From Harriotta raleighana (lineage: Eukaryota): a stretch of 64,000 nt of DNA. The stretch covers positions 4,237,644 through 4,301,643 of the forward strand of contig JBNZDD010013718.1 in NCBI GenBank assembly GCA_050575255.1, read 5' to 3'. A program made the position numbers and the translations under genes. The notes under the pieces are model-generated. The model saw nothing but the letters and a program-made list of their open reading frames with translations. It was not told the DNA's origin and did not search any database. Below, piece by piece: positions 50,091-63,892 of the stretch; within the stretch, counting starts at the first letter, position 1, and every line of letters begins with the position of its first letter.

Positions 50091-51795
50091 TCTGCAATTC
50101 CTAATGAATTTCCTCCCTTGTGTCTTTGCTTCCATCCTATAATATTCCTAAAGTCTGATATGTTACATTATAATTCTGTTACACACTTAAATCTAAGAAT
50201 AATAGAAAATGCAGACTAGTTTCTTATTGATTTAGAACCAAAAATAGAAATGAAGTAGTGTTTTTCTCTTTATTTGTTAAATCTACTAGCTACCTTCGAA
50301 ATGACAAATCTATGCCTGGGGTAGTGGTAAATGCAATAGCTGTCAACACAAACATTACATAATTGTTTTAATTGGTTTGAAAAGTATTTATTGCTTAGTA
50401 GCTTCGTTTGACAAGCAGAATTATGCAGCACTGCCCTCTATCCCTCTCTCGGATTTGGTGATTAACAGCCATGGCCAAATGTCAGCAGTATGAGGTACAG
50501 TATGTAAAATCTATATTGTCTAGAGGTGCATAACTTCAAAAAAAATCTTCAAAATGTTATGCCCATTTTGTCTGTGGGTAAGCAACTTTACTTCAGCCAA
50601 AGATTATTGTTGTGTTATTTGAAGCAATGAGACATTGAACGAGTCACTGATGGTGCATAGCATCATGCTCATAAATTCAGTAGGTCAAGCAGCTCAGTGA
50701 TCAAGGTTGGGCTGTTATATAAACGCATTTGTTATCAGTCTACAATGGATAAATAGGAAGTGAAACTATTTATGCCACAACATCCTACCACTATGCAGGT
50801 AATAGATAGGGAGTCAGCCTAGTTGTTGTTGCGAAAAAAACAAAGAAAATAAATTGCATACACATTGAACAAAACCAGGTGGTATTTGAAATACACAGCA
50901 GGTCTGTCAGTCGGTGCCTGCAAGAGAAACATTAATCATTTGGTTTTGTCACTTGCTGAGAACTGCATAAGATCAGATATAAAATGCTCTGAGATGTGAT
51001 CCCACTTAAAGGGCACTAAATAAATGTAAATTGTTGTTGGAACACTGAAGGTAGAGAATTCAGCAGATTGAGAGCAGGATGTAAGGGCAGAAAAGCAAGC
51101 CACAGAGAAGACAGACTTGTGGACAGAACTGACATGGTCAACTGTTCCAATTTCCTCTCTCTGCAGAAATTCATTTTAGGTTCCTGAATATTGCATGGTG
51201 TTATGCCTTTTCTGTCCTCTGGGACCTTTACTCATATCTAATCCAGACAAAGACGAGATGAGGAATGATTTTCTGCCCTTCTGGTATTCAGACACTGACC
51301 TACTGCAATTACATAAGATGCCTTACAAGGCAATAAGATCTCAGCTAGCCAATATTGATGCTGGTTCACATTTTCCGACACTGGCTTGAAATGATAATGA
51401 CAAATTCCTGGTGTTGGCTCAAAAAGAACAATTAAGGCCATTATTGAGTTGGCAAATTCAATTACTTTTATCATGTTACATTTCTGATCAATCCTCCATT
51501 GTGTGCACAGAGAGGTTGAAGTCAACCTTAGAGCAGCACTAAATAGATATATAAAATGGCAAACCCATCAAGAGGATGATGTGACATTTGATCTTATTGT
51601 GGCAATCATTGCTAGTTTGCACGAAGAATGGATAAATCGAAGACTGAAGACAAAGATGGTAATTGTGCAGTTCAGCAGATAGAATCTTCTGACACACAAT
51701 AAGATTCATAATCCTCTCTGAAACAAGGTCATATATTGACGCTCTCAATAGCGCACCATTCGTCTACATACACGATTGCACAGATTATCTAAAGA

Positions 51796-51925
51796 TTCGC
51801 CCACAAATATACAGTCAATTTTTTCCTACTTTTCTTCCCCCGACCCCTCCCCCCACTTGACTGTACAGCGCCTTGGGACGTTCTCCCGACGTGAAAGGCG
51901 CTATATAAATAAAATTTTGATTTGA
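51796..51925 (+). mobile_element. 5'-truncated SINE variant with L2 tail (same junction as 35428)
   Basis: ttcgcccacaaatatacagtcaatt|ttttcctacttttcttcccc...gactgtacagcgccttgggacgttctcccgacgtgaaaggcgctatataaataaaattttgatttgat. Confidence 0.88.
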
Positions 51926-52012
51926 TAAAGATTCCAGAATTAAACACATCACATCAAATAATACATTATCCATTTAACCATCTGTATAATTTCCTATTGC
52001 CCGAATACACAT

Positions 52013-52225
52013 TAATAATAATAATCCTTGCATTTGATATAGTGCTTTTCATGTCTTATCAATGTCTCAAAGCGCTTCACAGAATATACTGTAAAGTGAA
52101 TTGATTGTATATTTTGTGGGCGAAATGTGGCAGCCAATTGTGCACAGCAAACTATCACAAACTATCGTGGATTGAAATAACCAATGTTTGTATTGTGAGT
52201 ATTTTTGGATGGATTATTATTATTA
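52013..52225 (-). mobile_element. SINE, 5'-truncated
   Basis: aataataatccttgcatttgatatagtgcttttc...tgtgggcgaaatgtggcagccaattgtgcacagc. Confidence 0.9.
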
Positions 52226-53161
52226 ATTTGTCCCTCCGAGAACGAGAATTTATCCTCACAAATTCTCAGATGATCACAAATTTAGAAATCTTGGCAAAGT
52301 GAAGGATATCTTTCCCCACTGGTCTAAATTTACCAGCCATAGTGACTTATCTTGACTGTATAATGGGAAATCTCACTCGCTCAAATTTAGTGATCAGCAA
52401 AGAGTAAATTAATTCTAACCATCATAGATTCAGGTGTTTTAATAGTGTTTCTTGTTGCAATCTTATTAATGCCACTAAATATTTAACTTGTTTCCTGCCG
52501 AGTCTCCCTCTGGTTGGTGATACGATTCAATCACTAGCTGGGATGAGAACATGTGGCATGTGATACCACAAGTGATTAATATCACATGAAACATAAAACA
52601 CATATGTTCAAGGTGAGGGGAAAGAGAACAGTACAACGATAACTAATCATTACTTTTGACCATATTTTGATCAATGTAATAAATACTGAAACAATATCAC
52701 ATATCCATTTTCTGGCATCTGGGTTGAGGAATTTGTATACAGGTTGGAGGGGAGGTGAATGCCTAAAAACTATCACCATCCTCCTGGATTCTCCCTTCTC
52801 CCACTTTCCATGCCATTGTGTTACAGTTCTTATCAATTACCTCTTTGAATCTGATGGCTTACTGCCCATTTGATGTCTTTTAGGGATCAAGAGACAAATT
52901 TCCTACAGTGCTACATTCCGAAGTGGGTGGAAGTTGCACCACACTGAGACAAATAGCAGTGTAAAATATTGAGCTTCAACATCAAGAAACTCATACCCAT
53001 GACAACATCCTCCCTCCCGCTTTCTCTCCCCCCCCTTCCCCCAAATGTACAGTGCTTTAAATCTAGTTGTAACAATAGCAAGGCCGAGCAATGTACTCCG
53101 CTGGCACTAGTTACAAAGAACAGTGGAAACCTTTCTGTTTGACAGCCCCTCTGCTCCTCAC

Positions 53162-53192
53162 CTTGCTGAGCACGTACGCACAACAACCGCAG
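53162..53192 (-). other. Candidate 31-nt exon of an unidentified gene
   Basis: ctcaatggtgttactgttcttttcag|CTGCGGTTGTTGTGCGTACGTGCTCAGCAAG|gtgagg; CpG-retaining, TE-free context. Confidence 0.3.
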
Positions 53193-54642
53193 CTGAAAAG
53201 AACAGTAACACCATTGAGCTGATATTCACCTCTCGATGAAAATTCACTCGCCTCCAAGAGGCTTCATTGGAAGTACTCGAGTATTTAATAGGTTTGTCAT
53301 TTTACTGGGACAAAAACAATACTGTATTTAATTAAGGGACCAATCCATGACTGAACACTTTAAATGTGTGTATGCTGTCTCACAAATAGTTCATTTAAAT
53401 TGTATTCCAATACTGCAAGTTCTTATAGACCTCCCTCTATCTGACACAAAGAAACTCTCTACTGATTTGCCAACATATAGAATTGGCTGAATAATCTGAT
53501 GATGTTTCGACCCAACAATTTAACAGTCCCACAAACAGCCATGAAGGGAGAGATTACACATATTTTTAAATTCAAGGAAATAACATTAATTCTTAATGGT
53601 GGCAGGGCTCCAACTGTCTCAAACTACTACTGTAGTATGAAAAGGTGCTGAGGAGAAAACAGGTGTCCCTTCAGAGGAAAGGAAAAAAAAAAAAATCAAA
53701 TGGAGGGGGATAGCTGCGTTTCTTTCAAGCGTCTCCTAGCAACACACTTAGAGAGCAGCACTGGAGAGACTGTGTGCAGGTCATTCCCTTCCTGTATTTC
53801 AGCTGTAGGTTGTAGTGACTGTAGAGCAAAAGAAAGATTGTATGGTCATAAAATATGTATTGCTTTAATTTGCGCTTTCTTTAAAAATATGGTATAAAAT
53901 TCTCACAGCTAAAGTTCAGAAGTAAATTTCCCACCAGATGAAGTTAATGGAGGCATCCAAATTGGAGAACAAATTGGGGAGTACATAGGGACAACTGCTG
54001 TGCAGATTCTACTGGCACAATGCTGTGTTTACTGCATTAGAAGAGAAAGGAGATGGGATGAAATGATAGATTTTAGCTAACTATGTCAGACTAAGAGGGT
54101 AGGATGAATAGGGAAAGAACAAAAATCAGGAAAGTAAATACAGTACATGCAACAGTTGGTAAAATAATTTGATAGACAGCATAGCCGAAAGAACAGCTTG
54201 CTTTCTGTATTCAGTAACAGTATGACATAAACTGTATAATACAAGGAAGAAGGAAGACACATAGCTACTGGTTGTGCACCTATAGAATAGACAGTCACTA
54301 TACTTCACAGTAAATCCTATGAAGCACTCTTATGCATCCTCCCAATATAAAAAGGGTCTGTATCCAATGCAAGGATTATTAACACTGTGATGTTTTTGTG
54401 AACTTGTAATAGACAATTATGGAAGACCCCTATGGAAAATAGTTACTATCTGTATGTACATGAAGACAAATATTAAGCTATTAATAAATTAAAGTATTGA
54501 TCACATTTCTTCTTTCTGTAGTAGTTTTCATGTCAAACTTTTAACAATTCCTTTGCCTACTGTAAATCTTTCCTGTTTCAAGATTAAAACCTCTTGAACT
54601 ACTGTTCTTAGCCACTCCATTTCTATGCAAGTTTTGGCACAA

Positions 54643-54853
54643 GATAATAATAATCCCAAACTAATAATAATCCCTAAAAAAAATGGGTCACTCAATCCAA
54701 TGACTGAGTGGGACACTGCTGTGCGCAATTGACTGCCACGTTTCGCCTATGAATATACAGTCAATTCACTTTACCATACATTCTGTGAAGTGCTTTGAGA
54801 CGTCTAGAAGACGTGAAAAGTGCATTATCAATTGCAAGGATTATTATTATTAT
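54643..54853 (+). mobile_element. SINE, 5'-truncated
   Basis: gtgggacactgctgtgcgcaattgactgccacgtttcgcc...gaagacgtgaaaagtgcattatcaattgcaaggattattattattat. Confidence 0.92.
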
Positions 54854-55734
54854 GGTTGATGCAAGCATAATGTTTCTTGGCAATTTTACATGCTTTTCAT
54901 TAGTTCTGAACTCAGAAATGGAAAGAATAGCACACAAATGAGCCATAGTGGAGCCAAGTGTAATTCACAATATTTCCATTAAAATGATCAATAGACATTA
55001 CTTACAGTGCAAATGGTTAGCAGTTCAAGGTTATTCACAATATGAAGCAATAAGCAATTTTAACAATCTTAAATCTACAAACATTATGGAGAAGAATCTA
55101 AATTACATCCAACTGACGAGAGCCCAAGTTTCCTCATTTATGCCCTATTTGAGCTATTCCATACAAATCGTCTAATAGGATTTGTACAGCATTAAGTATC
55201 AACTTGGCTAGAACAGTGCATAGATTTGTACTCAATCAATTGACGTTGTTATTTGCTCTGAGGAAACAAATGAAACACTTATAGCTGTTTTTCATACAGC
55301 GATCGTCTATAACTGCTACCCTTTTATATTTGTACTGGTATGTAGCAATAAAGGAGCTTTTCATTTAGAAATCCTGTAGGATTTCCAGGCACACACAGAG
55401 AGAGAAAGAGAGAGAAGACAGGCTATGTGCAAGTCTGTTACTATTGAAAATCCCATTTCCTCACGCTGTGCTCACTGCTTTGTGTCCAGTTACTGAATAA
55501 AAAATGCCAGGTTAGAAAAATATAAAGCATTATTGAGATGTTTGAACATACCTGCTGTGACAAATGGCCCTCTTTGCACTCTGAAAGTGTCAGACAAGGA
55601 ATGAATTGGTCAGTCAGGTAATGTACCTGGAATGAAGCCCAAGCAATATATTATATTGTGTAGGCAATTAGATTTTTAACCAGGTGATAAATCAGGTGAC
55701 ACAAGGCAAACCTCAATAAGTTAGTTGCAACAGA

Positions 55735-56015
55735 GTATAATAATAATCCCTGCATTTGATATAGCGTTTTTCACATCTTCTAAATGTCTCAAAGTATATG
55801 CTTATGTGTATAAAGAGATACAACAGCTAAAGAAACTATTCATCTTCAAAAAGTGTGCTGACTGCCTGACTATTTTTGGAGGGATTGCTATGCACAAACT
55901 GGCTGCTATCCATTCACCTATAATACAGTCACTACACTTAACAGTAAATCCTGAAGCGTTTTGAGATGTCATCTCAACAAGAAAGGTCTATATCCAGTGC
56001 AAGCATAATATTGTA
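55735..56015. mobile_element. Two SINE 3' fragments (minus 55735-55795, plus 55870-56015)
   Basis: aataatccctgcatttgatatagcgttttcacatc; gctatgcacaaactggctgc...gcgttttgagatgtc. Confidence 0.75.
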
Positions 56016-56421
56016 TTAGATTGCAGTCGGTAACCATCTATTTGTTTTCTAAGATACAGAAAGGTTCAGTAATACAACAAATTTTGTTTGAATTCTAGCA
56101 TTTTATTTTCTACCCTTTCATCACTTGGAATAGTCTACTAAAGCTAAATAGAATTCCTACTTGTGCCTAAATTGACACTGTAATCTTTAGCCAACTGGTA
56201 GAAGTGAACAGAAGAAGCCAAGTCTGATCAGCCCTCAATTCCCTATGGAAAACGACTGGCACCAATTAGCATCTCTCTGTGTATTGTGGTTCAGTTATTA
56301 ACACTATATATTGGGCATTGTGGCACAAACTCACACTATTATTGCAAAACACAACTTCCAATGTGCTCTCTTCTATGGCAGCTTATAGCGCTTATAATAC
56401 TGCTGCTACTAGACATCAATA

Positions 56422-56646
56422 CAGGCAGTCCTCAAGTTACATCAGGGTTAGGTTCCTAAGATGGTGTAAATTGAATTTGTATGTAAGTCGAGTCACCCCC
56501 CTATAATGCTTACAGTAACATACAGTGATTGGTTGTAGTGTCGTAACTTCGAGACTTTGGATGTACTTGGACGTAATTTTACTGATATTAAGCGTCGCAA
56601 CTTCGAATTGTCATACCTCGGAACGTCGTAACTTGAGGACTGCCTG
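56422..56646. mobile_element. Non-autonomous Tigger/pogo-type (Tc1/mariner superfamily) MITE
   Basis: Perfect 19-bp TIRs CAGGCAGTCCTCAAGTTAC / GTAACTTGAGGACTGCCTG flanked by TA (56420-1, 56647-8); internal cgtaactt-like subterminal repeats. Confidence 0.95.
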
Positions 56647-57404
56647 TACTCTAATGACAAACCCAAACTAGAGAGTGATTCAACAACCACAACATGTATT
56701 TATATAGCACGCTTCACATGGGGTGGTGTCTTGGAGTCTTATATCATTAGTATTATTACAATCTGTTAGAAGGAGAACATGAATCACAAGGTAACAAAAG
56801 TTTAGGATGAATGGATCCTTCTGACCAAATTTCATCTCATCTTTCTGTCATTCTAACTGCAGTCTTCTCATTACATCAAACAGCAAATTGAGAAAAGAAA
56901 AAGTTGAACCATCAAATTTTCACTGAAGGAGGACACTCGCAACTTTCAACCAATAGCAATTAGGCTGGGTTCCTGATGATAACCCATTGACTCCAGAGAT
57001 TATATAACACGGTTTTGAAAGGAAACATTTAGAACTAAATAACAAAAGTTCTTTGAAATAGAGACTGTTCCATAATGAAGCCATTAAAACTTCTGCTACA
57101 AAGAACGATGACTTAAGTTACAACTTGCAATGGAAGTAACAGAATGAATAGCATGAAATGGATTTCACTTCACTGTTGTGGCTACATAAATTACTCAGTG
57201 AATTCCAGTTTAACCCATTTTTATAGGTTGAGGTTCCACAAGCTGTTTTCCAGTCAGATCACCTGGATGAAAAGTGATCTGTTAAAAGTGCAGGAACTTG
57301 AGTCAATGTACAAAGACACATTTTTTCTACATCGAGGTCTCTATTATTTTCCAGATGGGAAAATCACTCATTGCTGGATTTATTGCACCAACTAATGTAC
57401 TACT

Positions 57405-57721
57405 ACAATAATAGTAATAATAATAATCCTTCCATTTGATATAGCACTTTTCACATCTTCCAGATGTCTCAAATCGTTTCACAGAATATACTATAAAGTG
57501 AATTGACTGTACATTTATGGGTGAAATGCAGCAGTCAATTGCGCACAGCAGTCTCCCACAAACAGTCATAAATTGAAATGACCAATTTTTTTTGAGGGAT
57601 TGTTATTAGGTGTGTGGAGAAAGGAAATTTGCCCAAGGTTTGTCCCAGACCTGCCTGGAATCAAACCCAGGTCTCTTGCTTCTACGTCGAATACTCTAAT
57701 GACTGAGCTCCAGGACTTCAC
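57405..57721 (-). mobile_element. Full-length tRNA-derived SINE
   Basis: Tail, core and head (ggaatcaaacccaggtctc...ctgagctccaggacttcac) as at 4551 and 40689. Confidence 0.93.
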
Positions 57722-59711
57722 AGATTAATCTCATGCTGTTCAATGGTTTCACAATGCATGGACAATGGACTTCACTGCTATCATATTTTTAAAAAGGCAA
57801 GCATTTTTCAGGAGATTATAAAGGATCACATTTCTAAACATATCTCAAGGTAATGACCAAAAGTCAAGATCTGGCTTGTTTATTGCATTATTTCCTCTTC
57901 TGATTCCCTGCTATTGCAGTCATCATCAATCAAAAATACCTGTCTGTACAACCACACAAACAGATTAGAACAGTTTCAACGTACAATTGTTTTCATGTCA
58001 AGGCACACGGCGTGGCATTTTTACACAACAAATATGTGCTTAAACAAAAGTACGTAGTCTAAATCTTCTCACAGAAACTTGCTTCATATTCAGCACTATC
58101 AACTCCCAGCGTGATTCTACTCCTTGTGAATGAAAATACAAAACATTAATATAATAATCCTTGCCTCTCAAAACACTTCACAGAATATACCGTAATGTGA
58201 AATTACTGTATATTTTATGATATGAAACCGTGGTTCCATTTCAAAACCACATACGAGGGGATATAATTACAGATATTTCCGTCACCAAGTCCTCAATAAA
58301 CAACCAGCTGTGCCAAACCAGATTCATTGTCCAGAGCTCAAATATCTGTTGCTAAATATTTATTGCCCTTTCAGTATTCTATTCAATTATTATATGGGAA
58401 ACAAAATAAATGCAATCGAGATTAATTTCTCAATGCAGAAGCCACAAGCAACACTATTTAAACAAGGTTTAGCATTTCTCTAAATACTGTCAATGCTTAA
58501 ACTAAGAAAGTCAAAACTAAAGCACAAAGCAAGATCACACAAACTTTTTTTAAAAAAATTGCATAGCAGTATAGTGTTTCTTATCTCTGATTACAGACAA
58601 CCACATTATGGTCTGAATGAGAAAATGACATACAACACCATTCAGAAGCAGTTCAATCTTGCAACAGATGAATCTGTCTCCCTTCCTTGTTTTCATTCCC
58701 TGCCAGTTTTCATTCTGACTTTGCTCCAGTCGTTTCAGCAGGTGGCCCGTGGATCATTATGCCTGAGCTTCTTAATAATATCACAGCTTGTACAAACTAA
58801 TTTCCTTCCACTTTGAACATATGACTGAGCAGGTGTCTGCCTAATCACTTCAAGCAATTCCTTTGTGGCCGTCAGCTGTTTTACCATCAGCCCTGCTCAC
58901 ATGGTCTTGCAGCAAATTCCAGGAGTCAGCAAAGTAATGTGCATCAATTAACCTGGTCATTAACTTTGGCGTACCATTTTGCACTCTATTCTACAGTAAG
59001 TGTACAATATGATCATTTGTTTTCAATTTTGTAACCAAGCAAATCTCTCACGTGGAACAATTATATTTTGGTTCGCCGTTCCAAATACAGTAGTTGAGTT
59101 GATGAATATCAATTCATTCACTGGATTCAAGGCATTTCTTCCACATCAAGTCTTGCCCAGTGGTATCCTTGCTGCTTTCTTGTAATGAACATTGGGTCAT
59201 TACTTCTGTTTTTCTGGCATCGAGCTCCAGAAGGCATGCTATTATTTCTTCCCCTATGAGTCATGGTCAATCAGATTTGTCTGTGCATTGTATATGCATT
59301 ATAAATCTTGCCTTGGGTAGAATAGGGCTCAAGAGAATTTTGAACAAAGTATACAGTATGGCACAACTTGTCTGAAACGGGGCTTCACTTGAAATTACAA
59401 TTGTCCTTGATTGTAACTAGGTTCCGTACACTCAAAAAACTCTTATAATTGCAATGCAGTTATCATTCCCTTCAGTGTAAGATGAATTTGTGAGTCTGTG
59501 CAAGATAAGTTACCAATAAGGATGGGAAAATCACATAAACTTCATCAGCACATAAAAAGTTGTCCTTACAGCAAAAAGTTTGGATTCTTAAAAAATACTG
59601 ATCCTTGTATTTGACGTAGTGACTTTCATATAAGGAAGAGGTCTCAAAGCATTTCAAAGAATTTAAAGTGTTTTGATTGTGACCTTTATAGGTGAACATC
59701 TTCCATCCTCG

Positions 59712-59822
59712 AATAATAATGCTTGAATTTGATGTAGCGTCTTATCAAATCTTTGAGACATCTCAAAGTGCTTCTCAGAATACACTGTGAAGCGAATTGA
59801 CTACAGTATATATTTTGCAGGG
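59712..59822 (-). mobile_element. SINE tail fragment (similar ones at 58148-58220, 62252-62345, 63688-63820)
   Basis: aataataatgcttgaatttgatgtagcgtcttatcaaatctttgagacatctcaaagtgcttctcagaatacactgtgaagcgaattgact. Confidence 0.8.
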
Positions 59823-62800
59823 AAAGAGTGCACACTTCAATGCCAGATACTGTAAATGGAAATCATGCTAGCATGGAACTCTGTTCATTGGTTTGGAGAC
59901 ACTTAAGTATGGTGATGGATCTTTACATGTCAGACATCTTCACTTTGATACCTACGTTGGCAGCTTACAATTTTCTTTGAAATCTCTCAGCATTTAACAG
60001 TCCCACTCTTCGATAATCAATCCAGAACAATAAGCAAAATTTTAGTAACACATTTCTACCAAACCTGCAATCATTTCTCTAGCGCTTATTAGCTCACTAT
60101 ACTTCCTTCAGTCCAACAATCAGGTACATTTTTAAGTTTCTCCTGTGTTTGAGGAGTTGCAGAATGTTCTTTCCACCTCACTAACATAGAGGGCCTTGAG
60201 CGATCAAGAGTTCACCAGGTCCTGTCCTTTTTGCACCAATTGTTACTCACTTTAAACACATAGAACAAACCAACATTAATCACTGGTTCCACATATTTTG
60301 TTATTTGCTAGAATTGAATTCCAACTTTTCACATACTGGGCTCTTACCTTCTCTTCCACAACTTACCTTTGATCTTTAACCTTTACACCTCGCCATTTTT
60401 CAATTTATTGAACTCAATGAGACCAAAAAAACATTCAAAATCTATTTGACTTTTGAGCTTAACAGAATACTGTACAATATATCACCGTCTAGACAAATCT
60501 GTCATGACTTTAGATTTGCTCATAGTTTTATACCTGACCAGAGCCTTGACTTTTTTGACTAACATGAACATTTTGGAACAAGAGCAAAGGTGGGAATTAA
60601 TGTTAAACTGGTCAAATAATGAATAGAATAAGTTACTACCACCCAAAACCTTTAGAATACAAGCATTAGAATAGTTAGTTCTTTAGTTCTCATGTCAAAG
60701 AATATACTTCTGAATTTCTACAACAAACTGTTTATTGTAATGTTCCATTTAAAATAGTATTTTGATATCTACAACAAATCCACATTAAATGGAAAATATC
60801 TATTTTTTAATGATCTCTTTTTTCAAATCTTTTCACTCGTTATTAAATTCCACAGCAGATAAATAGTCTTAGGTTCATTCTGCTTTTGCAGGCACATGTC
60901 TGTGTAGCTTTAGGAAGCCATGGATACAGTTAGGAATCCTCCCACATAATCCACACCTGGCATATGGTAGGATTTACAGTTCAACCCCACCCTGAGTGCG
61001 TCCTGTCCATGAAAGTGAATCAGTTCGCACTTCAGAGATCTGAGGGGGCTGCTTGCATCAAGAGAAAGCATTATTGAGCAGTCTGGAGTATTCCTGTGGG
61101 GAGGCTGAAACTGTGGCTTGTCTTCTGAATAGGCAGAATAGGTTATAATAATGTCACTTTGTGATAATCAAAGTGCTGAAAGTATTGAATAGCACCAAAG
61201 CACAAACAAAACAGTTCTCTCCTCTAAGCAATACAGTATCACTCCCTGAGGTGAAGTGATGAAATGGCCCGGCCCTAATCACTAACCTTTCAAACACTAA
61301 GCTATGGGTTTGAAGCAGCTATTCCCCACGAACAAGCTGCAGTTTTTCCATTGTACATTCAGGGGTGAGGCACTTTCCCACAGGAATAGAGAGAACCGAG
61401 TGGGTGCATTTCCTCAGACTGTAATCAAATCCCTCTGATTCCTAGCCAAGGAGTGGTAGTGTGAGGAAACTACTTTCCCAACTTCTTTTCAGTACAGTAG
61501 AAATATCTAATACATGGCTGATTGTATAAGTAAAGAAGATAGGAGTCTAGAAACTTGCTTGGAGTTACTGATATCAGCTTCATTGCAGATTGCTTCAAAT
61601 CATCTAATGGACAATTCTTCACTGTAACCACAATCCATGTTGCACTGGTTTTTTTTGATGAGCGGTGCCTGACACATGCAAAAACCCATTACCGTGTGCT
61701 TAAGGGTATCCGAACCAGACTGAGAGTTCTGCATATGTATGTCATTTACATTTATCTTAAGGGTACTTTGATATTAAATTGAACCAAAATAATATTGGCT
61801 TTCAAGGATCACTTGAAACTGGTATTAAAAGCTTGATTTTTTTGTACAGTAAAAGTTTAACCCTCAGATTCTATGGATTAGAGAATTTGAGTGGCTCAGA
61901 TACACTCTCTTAACCATGTGTAATCTTTCTGTGGGAGCCTACGACACGTTGATTGGATCTTGGTGCATAACATTGTTACTATAATATTAGATTTCCTTGT
62001 GTCTCAGTGCATGAGTTGTGAAAAACCCACGGTTGTGACTGTCTCTATAGTTTTGGTGCCAGACATAAGAATTAAAAGTTGACTATTCATGTTTAATTAA
62101 TACAACCAACATCTTCAACTTTTCTGTTCACATACTAATATAAACATATTATGTATATTGTGTGTGAAATTGTTAGAATGTGCAAAAGTACTCGGTGCCA
62201 AAATTCTCCAGGTTACCTTCTGTATCTCCGAGTACTGGCAATGTTAGAAGCATTATCCTTGCATATGATATTGTGCTTTTCATTTGGGGAGAATATTTCA
62301 AAGTGCTTCACAGGATTTACTGTAAAGTAGAATGACTGTCATTTGTCAGGAAACCCACAAATGCACAAATGCAGATTTCACTGAGCTTGGTACAAAATAT
62401 AACCAAGTGAGCTTCTACTTCCATTCATTTTCCTATCTAATCTTAAATAAATATACAGACAACTGATATTATAGACCTAAATACATATTTATTAGCTAGA
62501 TCTCCTATAAGAGCATCAGACTCCAGTTTCAACCTCTGACTAAACATTCGGCAGATATCATTATGAGTTAGTAATAAGTATTATAGATAAATGATCTATT
62601 TTTCCTTAAATTAGGTTACTCTTCAAATGCAATTCCATATATTGCAGACTGCCATTCATGTTTGGATAGACCAACAGGAAATAGCATGTATAAATACAAA
62701 CCCAACATTATATAAAAGGAGTGTCAGAGTCAAACCACCAACCACCTATTTCACAACATGCGTCTCTAGACTCACCAATAAATAGGCAGGGAATGGAGTT

Positions 62801-63892
62801 TGAATGAAAACACAGTGGGCTCAGAAAAATTATCACTGAACTGGCAGTGTCTCCACTGTAGTGCTACTGAAGTCACAGTATAAAAGCAGCATTAGGCAAT
62901 CTCAGTCAGAGCAAATATGAGCAGAATTACCTTGTTTTAACACCATAGGGTGGGGCTGGTGGGTGGGGAATCCACATTTTCAAGAGATTGAAAGCAAAAA
63001 AGATCATAGCTCATTCATTAGATATATATATGTCACTCAATTTTTCAAAAAATCTGTCTAATGGTTATTTATCTTTTCTCTTTTGTGGATTCACTATTTA
63101 ACATTGCACAAGGTTGTAATTTAATAGTCTCAGAGGTCAAGCGTGTTATAAGATGATAATGTACTTAACATAAGTACAGAAGTTCCTGGAGTCATGCCAG
63201 CAAATGGTATTTGCTTAACAGAGGGAGGTGACAGAATATGCACTGAGCTGCTGTGGTTGTGAGCTAAACTGCAATAATGATTGCGAGTCAAGCTAATGCT
63301 CATCTATAACCCGTTTGTTAGACTTCAATCCATCCACCATGGCCAAAAATTAAACCCACCCAAGATATCACGTGCATCATTACAATTACTTTGTTAGGTT
63401 AATTACATCATCGAACTGCAAAATTGTTCCTACGTTTGTTCAGTCTCAGACGTATAAAGAGTAACATTTGCACTTTTAGCCATAGTCAGAAACCCTTCTA
63501 TCTTTAACATTGAAAACACTTTCAGAGAGAGGAAGTAAACAACTTGAAATGCAAATGTTTTAAATACAAAGGTGGAAACATCAGTTTCGAGAAGGCACAT
63601 ATTGTGATTCATTGATCAGGTAGCATGTTGACACTGAACACTGACACTGTTGGAGAACACTATTGCAATTACTGACTATGAAAATAGAATAATAATCCTG
63701 GCATTTTTTTATCGAGGTACCTAACATTGAGAATTTCTCTCAAAGTGCTTCTGCGTTGAAGTGATGGAACTATGTATTTGTCAGTGAACACAGCAGGCAA
63801 TTTGCATGCAGCAATGTACATAGAATTAGTCTGATCATTGGGATCCAAATAAGCAAATTGGCTGGCTCAATTTAAGCGACAGTGGATGCTGA

